DNA from: Candidatus Saccharimonadales bacterium
Lineage (GTDB): Bacteria; Patescibacteriota; Saccharimonadia; Saccharimonadales; Saccharimonadaceae
Assembly (NCBI GenBank): GCA_035317825.1
Contig: DATHGB010000027.1
Location: forward strand, 19,579 to 83,578
Reading direction: 5' to 3'
Length of the DNA stretch: 64,000 nt
The position numbers and the translations under genes are program-made. Each line of letters starts with the position of its first letter. The stretch's first letter is position 1. This document shows, in pieces, positions 27,200 through 36,344 of the stretch. The notes beneath the pieces were generated by a model that was not told the origin of the DNA, ran no database searches, and saw nothing but the letters and a program-made list of their open reading frames with translations.

Positions 27200-27753
27200 C
27201 TAGTTTTTTGCTTCTCAGCCTGTTTTTTGGCATATCGGGCAAGCGCCCAGTTTTGTATGTATAAGTCCATCTCAGAAGCTTCTAGCTCCATAAGACGGTG
27301 ATGCTCAACCATAAGAGGATCTCCGGTGATCTCTGACATATCATACGCCATCTTTAAAATATCGCTGAAAAGAGGTGGTTCACATTCGAGAATATAACCA
27401 AGCGCATCATGAACTTTTGGATCACCCGTTGTGTCTAATGCGTTGGCGAGTAGATATGTATCATTGAGAGTCGGCGCAACTGGTTCACTTGGACGGGGGT
27501 TTTCTAGTGTAAGTACCTCTGCGACTTGAGGAGGCACAATTTGAACCACAAGGTCTTGTGCGTCCTTTGTGATGACAGCCTCGAGTTGTTCTTGTTGAGT
27601 GTGCGGAAGACCGGTATGAGCTTTGAACGTATTCAAAGATTCTACGAGATGGTCATGAGCCACAATTACAGAAGGAACGGCTAGAGTGCGTCCCAGTTCT
27701 GAGAAATTGTTAGGTTGCCGTGAGGGCCAGAGGGGTGAGAAATCTTTTTTCAT
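27196..27753 (-). CDS. hypothetical protein (185 aa)
   Basis: Clean ORF, no recognised motifs. Its stop overlaps the greA stop (CTAG). Confidence 0.5.
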   Translation of the reverse strand: MKKDFSPLWPSRQPNNFSELGRTLAVPSVIVAHDHLVESLNTFKAHTGLPHTQQEQLEAVITKDAQDLVVQIVPPQVAEVLTLENPRPSEPVAPTLNDTYLLANALDTTGDPKVHDALGYILECEPPLFSDILKMAYDMSEITGDPLMVEHHRLMELEASEMDLYIQNWALARYAKKQAEKQKTS

Positions 27754-27864
27754 AATCTGTCGTTTACTTGAAATGTTGCTTGCATTATACCATAAGTGCT
27801 ATACAAATACAAGTCTTCAAACAGCAAAGACTTTTTGGCGGGAATACGATATACTGTAACAGAT

Positions 27865-29376
27865 ATGGCAACACTCCAAGATTACCGTGATGAGCGGCTA
27901 CGAAAATTAGATGAGCTTAAAACGCTAGGCATTAATCCGTACCCTAGTGAATCTCATCGTACTCACAATACGACTGATGTTGTATCTGGCTTTGATAAGC
28001 TCGAAGGCCAGACCGTCACGGTTGCTGGCCGGATTGTTGGACTGCGTAAGTTCGGCAAACTTGCGTTTATTGTTATTAAGGATTTTACCGGCCAGGTGCA
28101 GTTGTTCCTTCGCGACGGTGACGTATCCGAACTTAACGCTGCTGAGGGTATTCTGGGAATTAAAGAATTGCCACTTCTTGATACAGGTGATTTTGTTGAA
28201 GCAACCGGTGAAGTGATTAAAACCAAAACAGGCGAAATATCCGTTGCGGTAAAAACGCTTCGTTTGCTTACGAAAAGCCTTCGTCCAATGCCAACCGAAC
28301 TAACAAACAAAGAGGAGCGCCTCCGCCGCCGTTACGTTGATATGAACGTAAACAGCGATGTACGCGCAAGATTTGTCCGCCGTTCAAAATTTTGGCAAGC
28401 AACTAGGGATTATCTAAATGAACAAGGATTCGTCGAAGTTAACGTGCCCGTTTTGGAACACACGACAGGCGGGGCGGATGCTAATCCGTTCGTGACGCAC
28501 ATGGACGCTTTGGACCAGGATTTTTATCTGCGTATTAGCCACGAGCTTCCATTAAAGCGGCTGCTTGGCGCTGGTTTTGAAAAGGTCTACGATATTGGGC
28601 CGCGTTTTAGGAATGAAAATTACAGCGACGAACATTTACCAGAACACGTTGCGATGGAATGGTACTGGGCGTATGCCGACTGGGAAGATGGAATGAAACT
28701 GACTCAGGATATGGTCAGGGCAATTGCCGATAAAACATGGGGAACACGCCAGTTTACGCTATTAAACGGTATGACCGTTGACCTTGGTAAAGACGGGGAA
28801 GATTGGCCGCGTGTTAGCTTTGTCGGTGTCATCAAAGAACGTTTTGGCATCGACGTATTCAATACGACGCTTGAGGAAGTCCAGGCTAAATTAAAAGAAA
28901 ATAATCTAGAACTCGAAAAAAGCGATAACCTTGGACGGTGTATCGATAAATTATGGAAAAAGATCCGTGTTGAATTAAATGGACCTGCATTTTTGATTGA
29001 TGTACCGGCGTTCTTGCAACCGCTTGCGAAACTACAGGACAAAGACCCGCGCCTGACCGAGCAGTTCAACCTGCTTCTTGGCGGAACGGAAGCCTGCAAG
29101 GCATATAGCGAATTGAATGATCCCGTGGATCAGTTAAACCGCTTTGTTGACCAGCAAAAACTACGTGATGCTGGCGACGATGAAGCGATGATGCTAGATA
29201 TTGATTTTGTTGAAATGCTTGAATATGGCATGCCGCCAGCATGTGGTTACGGCCATGCCGAACGGTTATTCTGGATTCTTGAGGGCATTACCGCCCGTGA
29301 AGGCGTTCCATTCCCGCAGCTTCGTACCGAGATTGACCCAACGACCCGTGAAACGTATCCTGACGTAAAGCTCTAG
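27865..29376 (+). CDS. lysS: lysyl-tRNA synthetase (class II)
   Basis: ATG at 27865 is 9 nt after TATACT (27850-27855). OB-fold N-domain, 'FYLRISHELPLKRLL', 'GMPPACGYGHAERL'. Confidence 0.95.
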   Translation: MATLQDYRDERLRKLDELKTLGINPYPSESHRTHNTTDVVSGFDKLEGQTVTVAGRIVGLRKFGKLAFIVIKDFTGQVQLFLRDGDVSELNAAEGILGIKELPLLDTGDFVEATGEVIKTKTGEISVAVKTLRLLTKSLRPMPTELTNKEERLRRRYVDMNVNSDVRARFVRRSKFWQATRDYLNEQGFVEVNVPVLEHTTGGADANPFVTHMDALDQDFYLRISHELPLKRLLGAGFEKVYDIGPRFRNENYSDEHLPEHVAMEWYWAYADWEDGMKLTQDMVRAIADKTWGTRQFTLLNGMTVDLGKDGEDWPRVSFVGVIKERFGIDVFNTTLEEVQAKLKENNLELEKSDNLGRCIDKLWKKIRVELNGPAFLIDVPAFLQPLAKLQDKDPRLTEQFNLLLGGTEACKAYSELNDPVDQLNRFVDQQKLRDAGDDEAMMLDIDFVEMLEYGMPPACGYGHAERLFWILEGITAREGVPFPQLRTEIDPTTRETYPDVKL

Positions 29377-29379
29377 AAA

Positions 29380-29400
29380 ATACTATATAAAGTATATTAT
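29380..29400. repeat. imperfect copy of the ATACTATAC-AAA-GTATAGTAT palindrome
   Basis: ATACTATAT-AAA-GTATATTAT, 19/21 identical to 5860-5880. Confidence 0.5.
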
Positions 29401-29423
29401 TCCTCTTGCATTTCATATCTAAA

Positions 29424-29446
29424 ATTACTATACTAAGTATAGTAAT
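29424..29446. repeat. 23-bp palindrome ATTACTATAC-TAA-GTATAGTAAT upstream of FMN reductase gene
   Basis: Perfect 10-bp arms. The right arm carries TATAGT, about 25 nt before the ATG at 29469. Confidence 0.6.
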
Positions 29447-29468
29447 AATTGAAATGAAAGGAGCGTTT

Positions 29469-30014
29469 ATGACGCGTATTGCTGTAATTGTGGGAAGTTT
29501 ACGAAAAGAATCGATTAATAAATACTTAGCAAAAAATCTTGAGGAATTAGCGCCCGAAGGTACGGAGTTTACTTATGTAGATATTAATCTGCCACTGTTT
29601 AACCAAGATGTCGAAGCTTCTAATTATCCTGCCTCAGCCCAAGAAGGCAAAGATATAGTCGAAGCCTCTGACGGCGTATTATTTGTCACTCCGGAATATA
29701 ACCGAAGTACGCCTGGTGTCTTAAAGAATGCAGTCGACTGGATAAGCCGTCCATGGGGCACGAATTCGTTTGCAGGCAAACCTGTTGGAGTTGTCGGCGC
29801 GTCGGTCGGACCTGTCGGAACGGCCATTGCACAATCTGATATGCGCCATATCCTCGCGTTTCTTGAAACAAAACAGATGGGTCAGCCTGAAATTTATGTA
29901 GCCAATGCTACTGAATTATTTGATGAAAACGGAATCTTAACTGACGAAAGATGGCGCAAGAATCTTCAGGGCTATATTGATACATTCGTTGCCTGGGTAG
30001 AAAAAGAGAAGTAG
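29469..30014 (+). CDS. NADPH-dependent FMN reductase family protein
   Basis: AAAGGAG RBS. 'RIAVIVGSLRKESINK', 'TPEYNRSTPGVLKNAVDW'. Confidence 0.85.
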   Translation: MTRIAVIVGSLRKESINKYLAKNLEELAPEGTEFTYVDINLPLFNQDVEASNYPASAQEGKDIVEASDGVLFVTPEYNRSTPGVLKNAVDWISRPWGTNSFAGKPVGVVGASVGPVGTAIAQSDMRHILAFLETKQMGQPEIYVANATELFDENGILTDERWRKNLQGYIDTFVAWVEKEK

Positions 30015-30038
30015 TCCGCGGGTGCTATAATTGGTTGT

Positions 30039-30293
30039 ATGAGTAATGAAAAGCAGACACAAGAAGAGTTCAGGGTTAAGGGCGAAGATCTCCTCGCAAA
30101 GGTGAAGCAATTAGTTAACGAGGGAAATGTTCGGCGTATCATTATTAAGGATAAAGAGAACAAAACGCTGATTGAAGTTCCGCTAACCATTGGGGTCGTG
30201 GGGATTGTACTAGCACCGGTGCTGGCTGCTGTCGGTGCAATTGCTGCGCTTGTTACGGAATGCACGATTATTGTCGAACGCCGCGAGGCATAA
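30039..30293 (+). CDS. DUF4342-family small membrane-associated protein
   Basis: 'FRVKGEDLLAKVKQLVNEGNVRRIIIKD..' followed by a Gly/Ala/Val-rich hydrophobic segment, the typical DUF4342 layout. Confidence 0.7.
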   Translation: MSNEKQTQEEFRVKGEDLLAKVKQLVNEGNVRRIIIKDKENKTLIEVPLTIGVVGIVLAPVLAAVGAIAALVTECTIIVERREA

Positions 30294-30312
30294 GATATCT
30301 TTAAGCAGAATA

Positions 30313-30336
30313 AGCGTCCCATCTGGGGCGCTTTTT
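30313..30336 (+). terminator. intrinsic terminator
   Basis: AGCGTCCC-ATCT-GGGGCGCT + TTTTT. Confidence 0.7.
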
Positions 30337-30350
30337 GTTATAGTAAAGAC

Positions 30351-32144
30351 ATGAAACGCCTACTTTTTGGTTTGCTTACCATCACGTTAGTCGCCCTAGG
30401 GGCGGTACATAGTAGCAAGGATGTGGCAGCTCAAAATGTAAATAATTTTACGATTGAAAGTTTTGATGCTAAATATACGCTTGATCAGGATAAGGAAGGA
30501 CACTCTAGCCTCAAAACTACCGAAACGATCAAAGCGGTTTTTCCCACGTATGACCAGAATCATGGTTTAGAACGAGCCTTTCCTAAGAAATACGACGGCC
30601 ACTCTACGAGCTTGAAAGTCCTGTCCGTTGTTGACGGCAGCGGCAAAAAATTATCATATTCCGAAACGACAGCAGACGATAACCTTTTGTTACGGATCGG
30701 TGATGCCAGCATGTATGTTCACGGAGTTCATACGTATGTCATTACCTATACCCAACGCGACGTGACAAGGTTTTTTAGTAATACGAATGACGACGAGTTT
30801 TACTGGGACGTAAACGGCACTCAGTGGCAACAGCCAATGGGTAAGGTGAGTATGGGACTTCATGTAAGCGCAAAACTTGCCGGACAACTGACGGACAGCC
30901 AAAGATGCTATAAAGGGACAGTTGGCAGTACGGACCAGTGTACCATTAGTAAAATTCCTCAAGAAGACGGTACTATTTTTATTGCCGAGGCAACTGATAT
31001 GCGTGCCTTTGAAAATATGACAATCGCGGTTGGATTTAAACCTCATACATTTGCCGGATACCAACAAACGCTTGGCGAAAAGATACTGGTGATACTTTTC
31101 ATTATTTGGATCGCAGTACAGGTTGTGGGCTCGGTTATTGCCATCGGGGCGATCATTTGGATGCTGATTAAGCGTCACCGGGTTATGAACCGCGCTAAAG
31201 GCCGCGGAACGATTATCCCTGAGTATCTACCACCGAACGAGGCGAGTGTTCTAGCGTCGGCCCAGGTGCTGGGTAACGTGACATCCGACATGACCGCGCA
31301 AATTATTGATTTAGCAGTCCGGCATTACTTAAAGATTTATCAAACCAAGGATAAAACACTATTTAAACCTGCGGAATATGAGTTGGAAATAGCAAAAGAT
31401 ACGAGTGATCTGCGTACAGAAGAGCTCCGCCTTTTAAGTGATTTGTTTGGTGGAAGCATGGCAATCGGTAGCCGATTCGAGATGAAGAAACTGCAAAGCA
31501 ACTCCTCTATGAGCCAAAAATTAACTGCCAGTCGCAAAGCATTACGTAAAGACGTTCGCGGCAAATATGAATTGTTTGAGCGGGCAGAAAAAGAAGCGCG
31601 AGATTTTAAATTGGTTGGTATTATTGCAATCGCTTTAGGTGTCGTGACGCTTTCGCCGCTTATTATCATTGCAGCGATCATTGCTTTTAGTATTGCTTAT
31701 ACATTGTGGCCGCGCACCGAAAAAGGTGTCACGCTTCGTGATTATTTATTGGGTCTAAAAGAATACGTTACCATTGCCGAGGAAGATCGTATTAAGATGC
31801 TGCAGAGTCCTGAAGGGGCGGAAAAAGTTGGCGTCAAAGTTGATAAGAATGACACCAAACAACTCGTTACATTATACGAACGGGTACTTCCGTATGCGGT
31901 GCTCTTCAACGTTGAAAAAGAATGGGCTAAGCAACTCGGTGCGTATTACGAAACGAGTAGTAGCCAGCCGGATTGGTACGTGGGCAATACCGCGTTTAAC
32001 GCGGTTGTATTCAGTTTGGCGCTTAGTAGCTTTAGTAGTCAAAATTCATCATATAGTTCTTCGTCGAGTTCATCATCTGGTGGTTCGAGCGGGGGAGGGT
32101 CGTCTGGTGGAGGCGGTGGCGGCGGCGGAGGTGGAGGCTGGTAA
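30351..32144 (+). CDS. DUF2207-family membrane protein with Ser/Gly-rich tail
   Basis: TGTTATAGT box 6 nt before the ATG. Signal peptide, large N-terminal exo-domain, TM helices, C-terminal SSSSSSSGGSSGGGSSGGGGGGGGGGGW. Confidence 0.75.
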   Translation: MKRLLFGLLTITLVALGAVHSSKDVAAQNVNNFTIESFDAKYTLDQDKEGHSSLKTTETIKAVFPTYDQNHGLERAFPKKYDGHSTSLKVLSVVDGSGKKLSYSETTADDNLLLRIGDASMYVHGVHTYVITYTQRDVTRFFSNTNDDEFYWDVNGTQWQQPMGKVSMGLHVSAKLAGQLTDSQRCYKGTVGSTDQCTISKIPQEDGTIFIAEATDMRAFENMTIAVGFKPHTFAGYQQTLGEKILVILFIIWIAVQVVGSVIAIGAIIWMLIKRHRVMNRAKGRGTIIPEYLPPNEASVLASAQVLGNVTSDMTAQIIDLAVRHYLKIYQTKDKTLFKPAEYELEIAKDTSDLRTEELRLLSDLFGGSMAIGSRFEMKKLQSNSSMSQKLTASRKALRKDVRGKYELFERAEKEARDFKLVGIIAIALGVVTLSPLIIIAAIIAFSIAYTLWPRTEKGVTLRDYLLGLKEYVTIAEEDRIKMLQSPEGAEKVGVKVDKNDTKQLVTLYERVLPYAVLFNVEKEWAKQLGAYYETSSSQPDWYVGNTAFNAVVFSLALSSFSSQNSSYSSSSSSSSGGSSGGGSSGGGGGGGGGGGW

Positions 32145-32225
32145 AAACCAGTCTCTCTTTCTATCAAAACGTATGTACATAACAAAATACTTGACACGTA
32201 ACAGTACCTTGTATAACATAGAACT

Positions 32226-32570
32226 ATGACAGAACAAGAACAATCTAGCGAAACGTATGCCGAACAGCTTGCCACGCAGCTGCGAAAAGGCTTCTTGGCT
32301 TATTGCGTTCTAAAAGTATGCAGTGGTAATCCAATGTACACCAGTGATATTATCCGCCGGCTTAGTGATGCGGAACTGGTCGTTGTAGAGGGGACAATTT
32401 ACCCCTTGCTTAGCCGTTTGCAAAAAGATGGTCTGCTGACCCATGAATGGCAAGAGTCTGAGCAAGGACCACCTAGAAAGTATTACAAGATCACCGAATA
32501 TGGCAACGAAGTTATGGAACATACAACGAAAAAAATTGCGACGCTAAATGCGACACTAAAGAAACTATAA
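32226..32570 (+). CDS. PadR-family transcriptional regulator
   Basis: 'GTIYPLLSRLQKDGLL..W....GPPRKYYKITEYG' winged-helix signature. Confidence 0.85.
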   Translation: MTEQEQSSETYAEQLATQLRKGFLAYCVLKVCSGNPMYTSDIIRRLSDAELVVVEGTIYPLLSRLQKDGLLTHEWQESEQGPPRKYYKITEYGNEVMEHTTKKIATLNATLKKL

Positions 32571-32579
32571 GGATACATT

Positions 32580-34202
32580 ATGAAAGAAATTACTAGAATC
32601 CACATTGCAAAAGTGCCTTACGACGCTGAAATCGAGGCTAAAAAAGAATTAGAAGCCTATCTTCGAACACTCGAAGCATACAGCGACGACGCCGAAATTA
32701 TTGGTGACATTGAAATACGCATCACTGAAATTCTGACAGAGCGGGGCGTTAATAAAAACGGGGTGATTAGCCTTGACGACGTCAAGGCGCTAAAACAACA
32801 GCTAGGCGAGCCAAAAGATTTCATGGGTGATGGTGATATGGCTATAGGTCAAAATGATAGTGAACAAGTAGGAAGCAATACGCGAAAACTTTTCCGAGAC
32901 GTTGATAATGCCGTACTTGGTGGAGTGATGAGCGGTATAGGCGCATTCTTTGGCATTAATCCATTGTGGGTGAGGCTACTATTCATCGTTGTCGCACTAG
33001 CTTCGTTTGGAACTGCGTTACTGGTATACATCGTGCTATGGATCGTCGTGCCGCCAGCTAAAACGGCAGCAGATAAACTGCAGATGACGGGTCGCCCGGT
33101 TACTATTGCTTCTATCCGCGAGATGAATGAAGGAAGTGAAGAAAAATCCGACTCAGTGCCAACTGGCCGTCGGGTAGTATCCTTTATTTTAGGTATTTTT
33201 GCAGCGCTTATAGCAGCGGGATGCTTTACTCTGGTTGCGGCGATTGTCGTCAGCCTTATCCAAAGTTCATTCATTGATGACGCCTGGCAGCAGGAAGCGT
33301 CTGGGTTCTTGGTTGCGGCTGCTAGCTTAGCGGCAGCTAGCGGACTTTTGCTAGGAATCCTATTCTTGCTAGGCGCATATGCTGCATTCACGCAAAAAAT
33401 AACCCGAAGGGTATGGGTCAGCACGATTGTCGTTATTGTTCTTGGTCTTGTATCGTTTGGAACTGCGATTGGTCTGGGCCAATACGGCGCGACTGTGCAG
33501 CGACAGGTAGTCGAGGAAAATACCCATCAGGTAAATATTGCATTGCCAGGTAATATCAAAGCCGCAACGGCACTTTCCGTATCGGCATCAAGCTTTAACG
33601 TCCAATATATCGTAGAGCCGGGCGAGCCTCGTGCGGAGATGCGCGTTGTCACGCAAAAAGGAGTAAACATACCAAAGGTTTCGGCCAAAATGGATGGTAC
33701 GAAACTTGTTATTGGTGTTGAGAAAAATGATGTTCGCCGCCTATGCTACTGGCCAGGATGTGATGGGTCTCAGCAGAAAATTACCATCTACGGTCCAGCA
33801 TTACAGTCTGTTGAGGCTGCTATGCAATCCTATGTCATTTACAGTCCTCTTAGTCAGTCTAATCTTGAGCTAAATGTAAAAAAAGATGCTACTCTCAATA
33901 TAGGCGAGGGAACGGTGGAGAATCTACAAGTTACGACTGACGATAACGCGACTGTCTCGGCCGATAACGCAACGGTTATGCGCGCAAAGGTGAAGCTTGC
34001 TAGTGATGTGAGTGTCAACTTTGGAACAACGCAGAGCATCGAGGTGACACATGCGAATTCGTGTCCATCCGGCATGCAGTCACATCTAAGTCTATGGAGC
34101 ACGGGAAGCCTAGCCGTTAATGGTGCGAACCAGGCAATAGAATCCGCTGATCTAACATGTATGAGATTATTAGTAGAGGGAGAAAAAAATGATCGAAGTT
34201 AA
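32580..34202 (+). CDS. PspC-domain membrane protein with N-terminal PadR-associated (DUF1700-like) region and C-terminal beta-rich domain
   Basis: 'VLGGVMSGIGAFFGINPLWVRLLFIVVAL..ALLVYIVLWIVVP' is a PspC domain. Several TM helices. The C-terminal repetitive beta-strand region resembles DUF2807/DUF4097 (assignment from memory). Confidence 0.7.
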   Translation: MKEITRIHIAKVPYDAEIEAKKELEAYLRTLEAYSDDAEIIGDIEIRITEILTERGVNKNGVISLDDVKALKQQLGEPKDFMGDGDMAIGQNDSEQVGSNTRKLFRDVDNAVLGGVMSGIGAFFGINPLWVRLLFIVVALASFGTALLVYIVLWIVVPPAKTAADKLQMTGRPVTIASIREMNEGSEEKSDSVPTGRRVVSFILGIFAALIAAGCFTLVAAIVVSLIQSSFIDDAWQQEASGFLVAAASLAAASGLLLGILFLLGAYAAFTQKITRRVWVSTIVVIVLGLVSFGTAIGLGQYGATVQRQVVEENTHQVNIALPGNIKAATALSVSASSFNVQYIVEPGEPRAEMRVVTQKGVNIPKVSAKMDGTKLVIGVEKNDVRRLCYWPGCDGSQQKITIYGPALQSVEAAMQSYVIYSPLSQSNLELNVKKDATLNIGEGTVENLQVTTDDNATVSADNATVMRAKVKLASDVSVNFGTTQSIEVTHANSCPSGMQSHLSLWSTGSLAVNGANQAIESADLTCMRLLVEGEKNDRS

Positions 34203-34914
34203 AAACGTTACGAAAACATATGGGAAGAAACAGAATCTGTTTACGGCGCTAGATGATGTAAGCCTTTCCATTCCAGATGGAGCAAGTGTTGCTATCCTTG
34301 GTAGGTCTGGTAGTGGCAAATCCACATTGATGCATGTTATGAGCGGGCTTGACCGGCCAGAAACAGGTGAAATTATAGTTGACGGTGAAGATATCTTAAA
34401 ACTAAAGACCAAACAGATCGACAAATTCCGAGCCACCAAAATGAGCTTTATTTTCCAGTCGTTTTTCGTGCAGGCTAATGAAAGTTGTTTTGATAATGTT
34501 AGCTTGCCACTTGAGATTGCGAACCTGTCAAGAAGTAAGCGTCGTGCTAAAGTCGACCAGGCGCTTGCCGCGGTCGAGCTTACTGACAAGAAAAAATCCC
34601 GTGCCCGGAATCTTTCCGGAGGTCAAAAACAGCGTCTTGCAATTGCGCGCGCAATTGTAAACGATCCTCAGATTTTATTTGCTGACGAACCAACTGGTAA
34701 CCTTGATAGCACGACTGGCGCGATCATCGAACAACTGCTTTTTGACTACAATAAGCAAAACGGTACGACATTGATTATTGTTACGCACGACCCTGAACTA
34801 GCAGCTAAATGTGATATCAAAATCCACATCAAAGACGGGAAAGTCCAATCTATTGAGAAAAAAGGTCACGCTGCTGATCTAAAGAACGTTACTTCAAGAA
34901 AGGTACAGTTATGA
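34189..34914 (+). CDS. ABC transporter ATP-binding protein (MacB/LolD/FtsE-like)
   Basis: 'GRSGSGKST', 'LSGGQKQRLAIARA', 'LFADEPTGNLD'. 14-nt overlap with the pspC-domain gene. Confidence 0.9.
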   Translation: MIEVKNVTKTYGKKQNLFTALDDVSLSIPDGASVAILGRSGSGKSTLMHVMSGLDRPETGEIIVDGEDILKLKTKQIDKFRATKMSFIFQSFFVQANESCFDNVSLPLEIANLSRSKRRAKVDQALAAVELTDKKKSRARNLSGGQKQRLAIARAIVNDPQILFADEPTGNLDSTTGAIIEQLLFDYNKQNGTTLIIVTHDPELAAKCDIKIHIKDGKVQSIEKKGHAADLKNVTSRKVQL

Positions 34915-36287
34915 AAACGAGTGATATTGCCCGCCGCGCAGGTCGTAGTTTGCGACATGCCAAAGTCCGTACGCTACTTACGAGTATGGCGATTGCCGTA
35001 GGCGCATTTACGTTGACGCTTTCACTTGCGGCCGGAGAAGGCTCGCGTCAATACGCCGACAAGCTAATCGGATCAAATATTAATCCTCAAGCGCTGCTTA
35101 TCGTTAAAGATAAGGCTGTCGTTGGTCAAGATAGCGGCCAGAGTGCGTTGCGTGAGTACGACCCTGATCTGACAACGAGTACGCAAGGGCAGACGTTCAA
35201 GCAGCTAACCCAAAAAGATATCGACAAGATTCGTGAAAATCCTGACCTTAAAGACGTACAACCGGCCTACCAACCAACCATCCGCTACTTTGGCGTTGAA
35301 GGCGATGCGAAAAAGTATACAAGTTTGGTGCAAATGTACGATTCAACAATCCGTAGCGAGACAGCTGCTGGTAATTTGCCTGCTCTCGGGACACAGATCG
35401 GAGACGGTGATATTGTTATGCCAGAGGCATTCGCCGACATCCTAGTTAAGAATAAAGTCGCGGCAAGTAAAGAAGCCCTAATCGGCAAAAAAGTAACGTT
35501 AACGGTTGCAAAACCGGCAGCTCAACCGACCGAAGCCGAAATAAACCAGATTATTGCCACGGAAGGTCCTGCGGGCCTGGCAAAGTTGGCACAGGGCGAG
35601 ACTAAAGACGTAACGTATACGGTACGGGCATTAGCCAAGCAATCTTCGCTAGCATTCGTAACCGGTGGCGCGCTTATGGTTTCAGACGGCCAAGCCCGTG
35701 AATTATCGGAATACGTGACTAAGGGTACTGCCAGCTACCAAAAATACATGGCGGCATCGGCGCTTGTGAAAGATGGCAAGACACCCGAGGACGTCAAAGC
35801 CCAACTTGAAAAGGAAGGCTATCCTACGCAAACCGCAAAGGACCTACAGGCATTTCTATTTACGATTGTTAATATCCTACAGGGCATCGTCATCGGCTTT
35901 GGTGTCCTAGCGCTGTTTGCGAGCGTGTTTGGGATTATCAACACCATGTACATCAGTGTGCTTGAACGTACGCAGCAGATTGGCCTGATGAAAGCCTTAG
36001 GCACGCGCCGACGTGACATAGCCCGGCTGTTCCGGTATGAAGCAGCATGGATTGGCTTCCTGGGTGGTGTTCTTGGCTCGGGTCTAGCGGTGATTCTCGG
36101 TACGCTTTTGAACCCTTGGATTACCAAGCAGCTTAGTCTTGCAGACGATAGCCATATATTGGTATTTCAGCCACTGCCAATTGCCTTGCTTATCCTTGTT
36201 TTGATCATTATTGCGATTACTGCGGGCTATCTACCAGCTCGCCGAGCAGCTAAACTTGACCCGATTGAAGCTCTTCGTACGGAATAG
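34911..36287 (+). CDS. ABC transporter permease, MacB/FtsX-type with large extracytoplasmic domain
   Basis: N-terminal TM, ~270-aa exo-domain, C-terminal FtsX-like 3-TM bundle ('RTQQIGLMKALGTRRRDI'). ATGA overlap with the ATPase gene. Confidence 0.85.
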   Translation: MKTSDIARRAGRSLRHAKVRTLLTSMAIAVGAFTLTLSLAAGEGSRQYADKLIGSNINPQALLIVKDKAVVGQDSGQSALREYDPDLTTSTQGQTFKQLTQKDIDKIRENPDLKDVQPAYQPTIRYFGVEGDAKKYTSLVQMYDSTIRSETAAGNLPALGTQIGDGDIVMPEAFADILVKNKVAASKEALIGKKVTLTVAKPAAQPTEAEINQIIATEGPAGLAKLAQGETKDVTYTVRALAKQSSLAFVTGGALMVSDGQARELSEYVTKGTASYQKYMAASALVKDGKTPEDVKAQLEKEGYPTQTAKDLQAFLFTIVNILQGIVIGFGVLALFASVFGIINTMYISVLERTQQIGLMKALGTRRRDIARLFRYEAAWIGFLGGVLGSGLAVILGTLLNPWITKQLSLADDSHILVFQPLPIALLILVLIIIAITAGYLPARRAAKLDPIEALRTE

Positions 36288-36308
36288 AAGGACTTCTCAG
36301 CAAAAACT

Positions 36309-36330
36309 ACCGCCTTTAGGGGCGGTTTTT
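36309..36330 (+). terminator. intrinsic terminator after ABC operon
   Basis: ACCGCC-TTTAGG-GGCGGT + TTTTT. Overlaps the serS -10 region. Confidence 0.65.
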
Positions 36331-36344
36331 GTTACAATAGGACT

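Noticed and set aside
32046-32141. Ser/Gly-coding GGN/TCN-rich tract (and its antisense poly-Pro ORF 32039-32275); considered as a simple-sequence repeat or contingency locus
   Set aside because: The codons are mixed (ggt/gga/ggc/ggg), not a pure slippery repeat. A poly-Ser/Gly tail is a normal feature of DUF2207 proteins.
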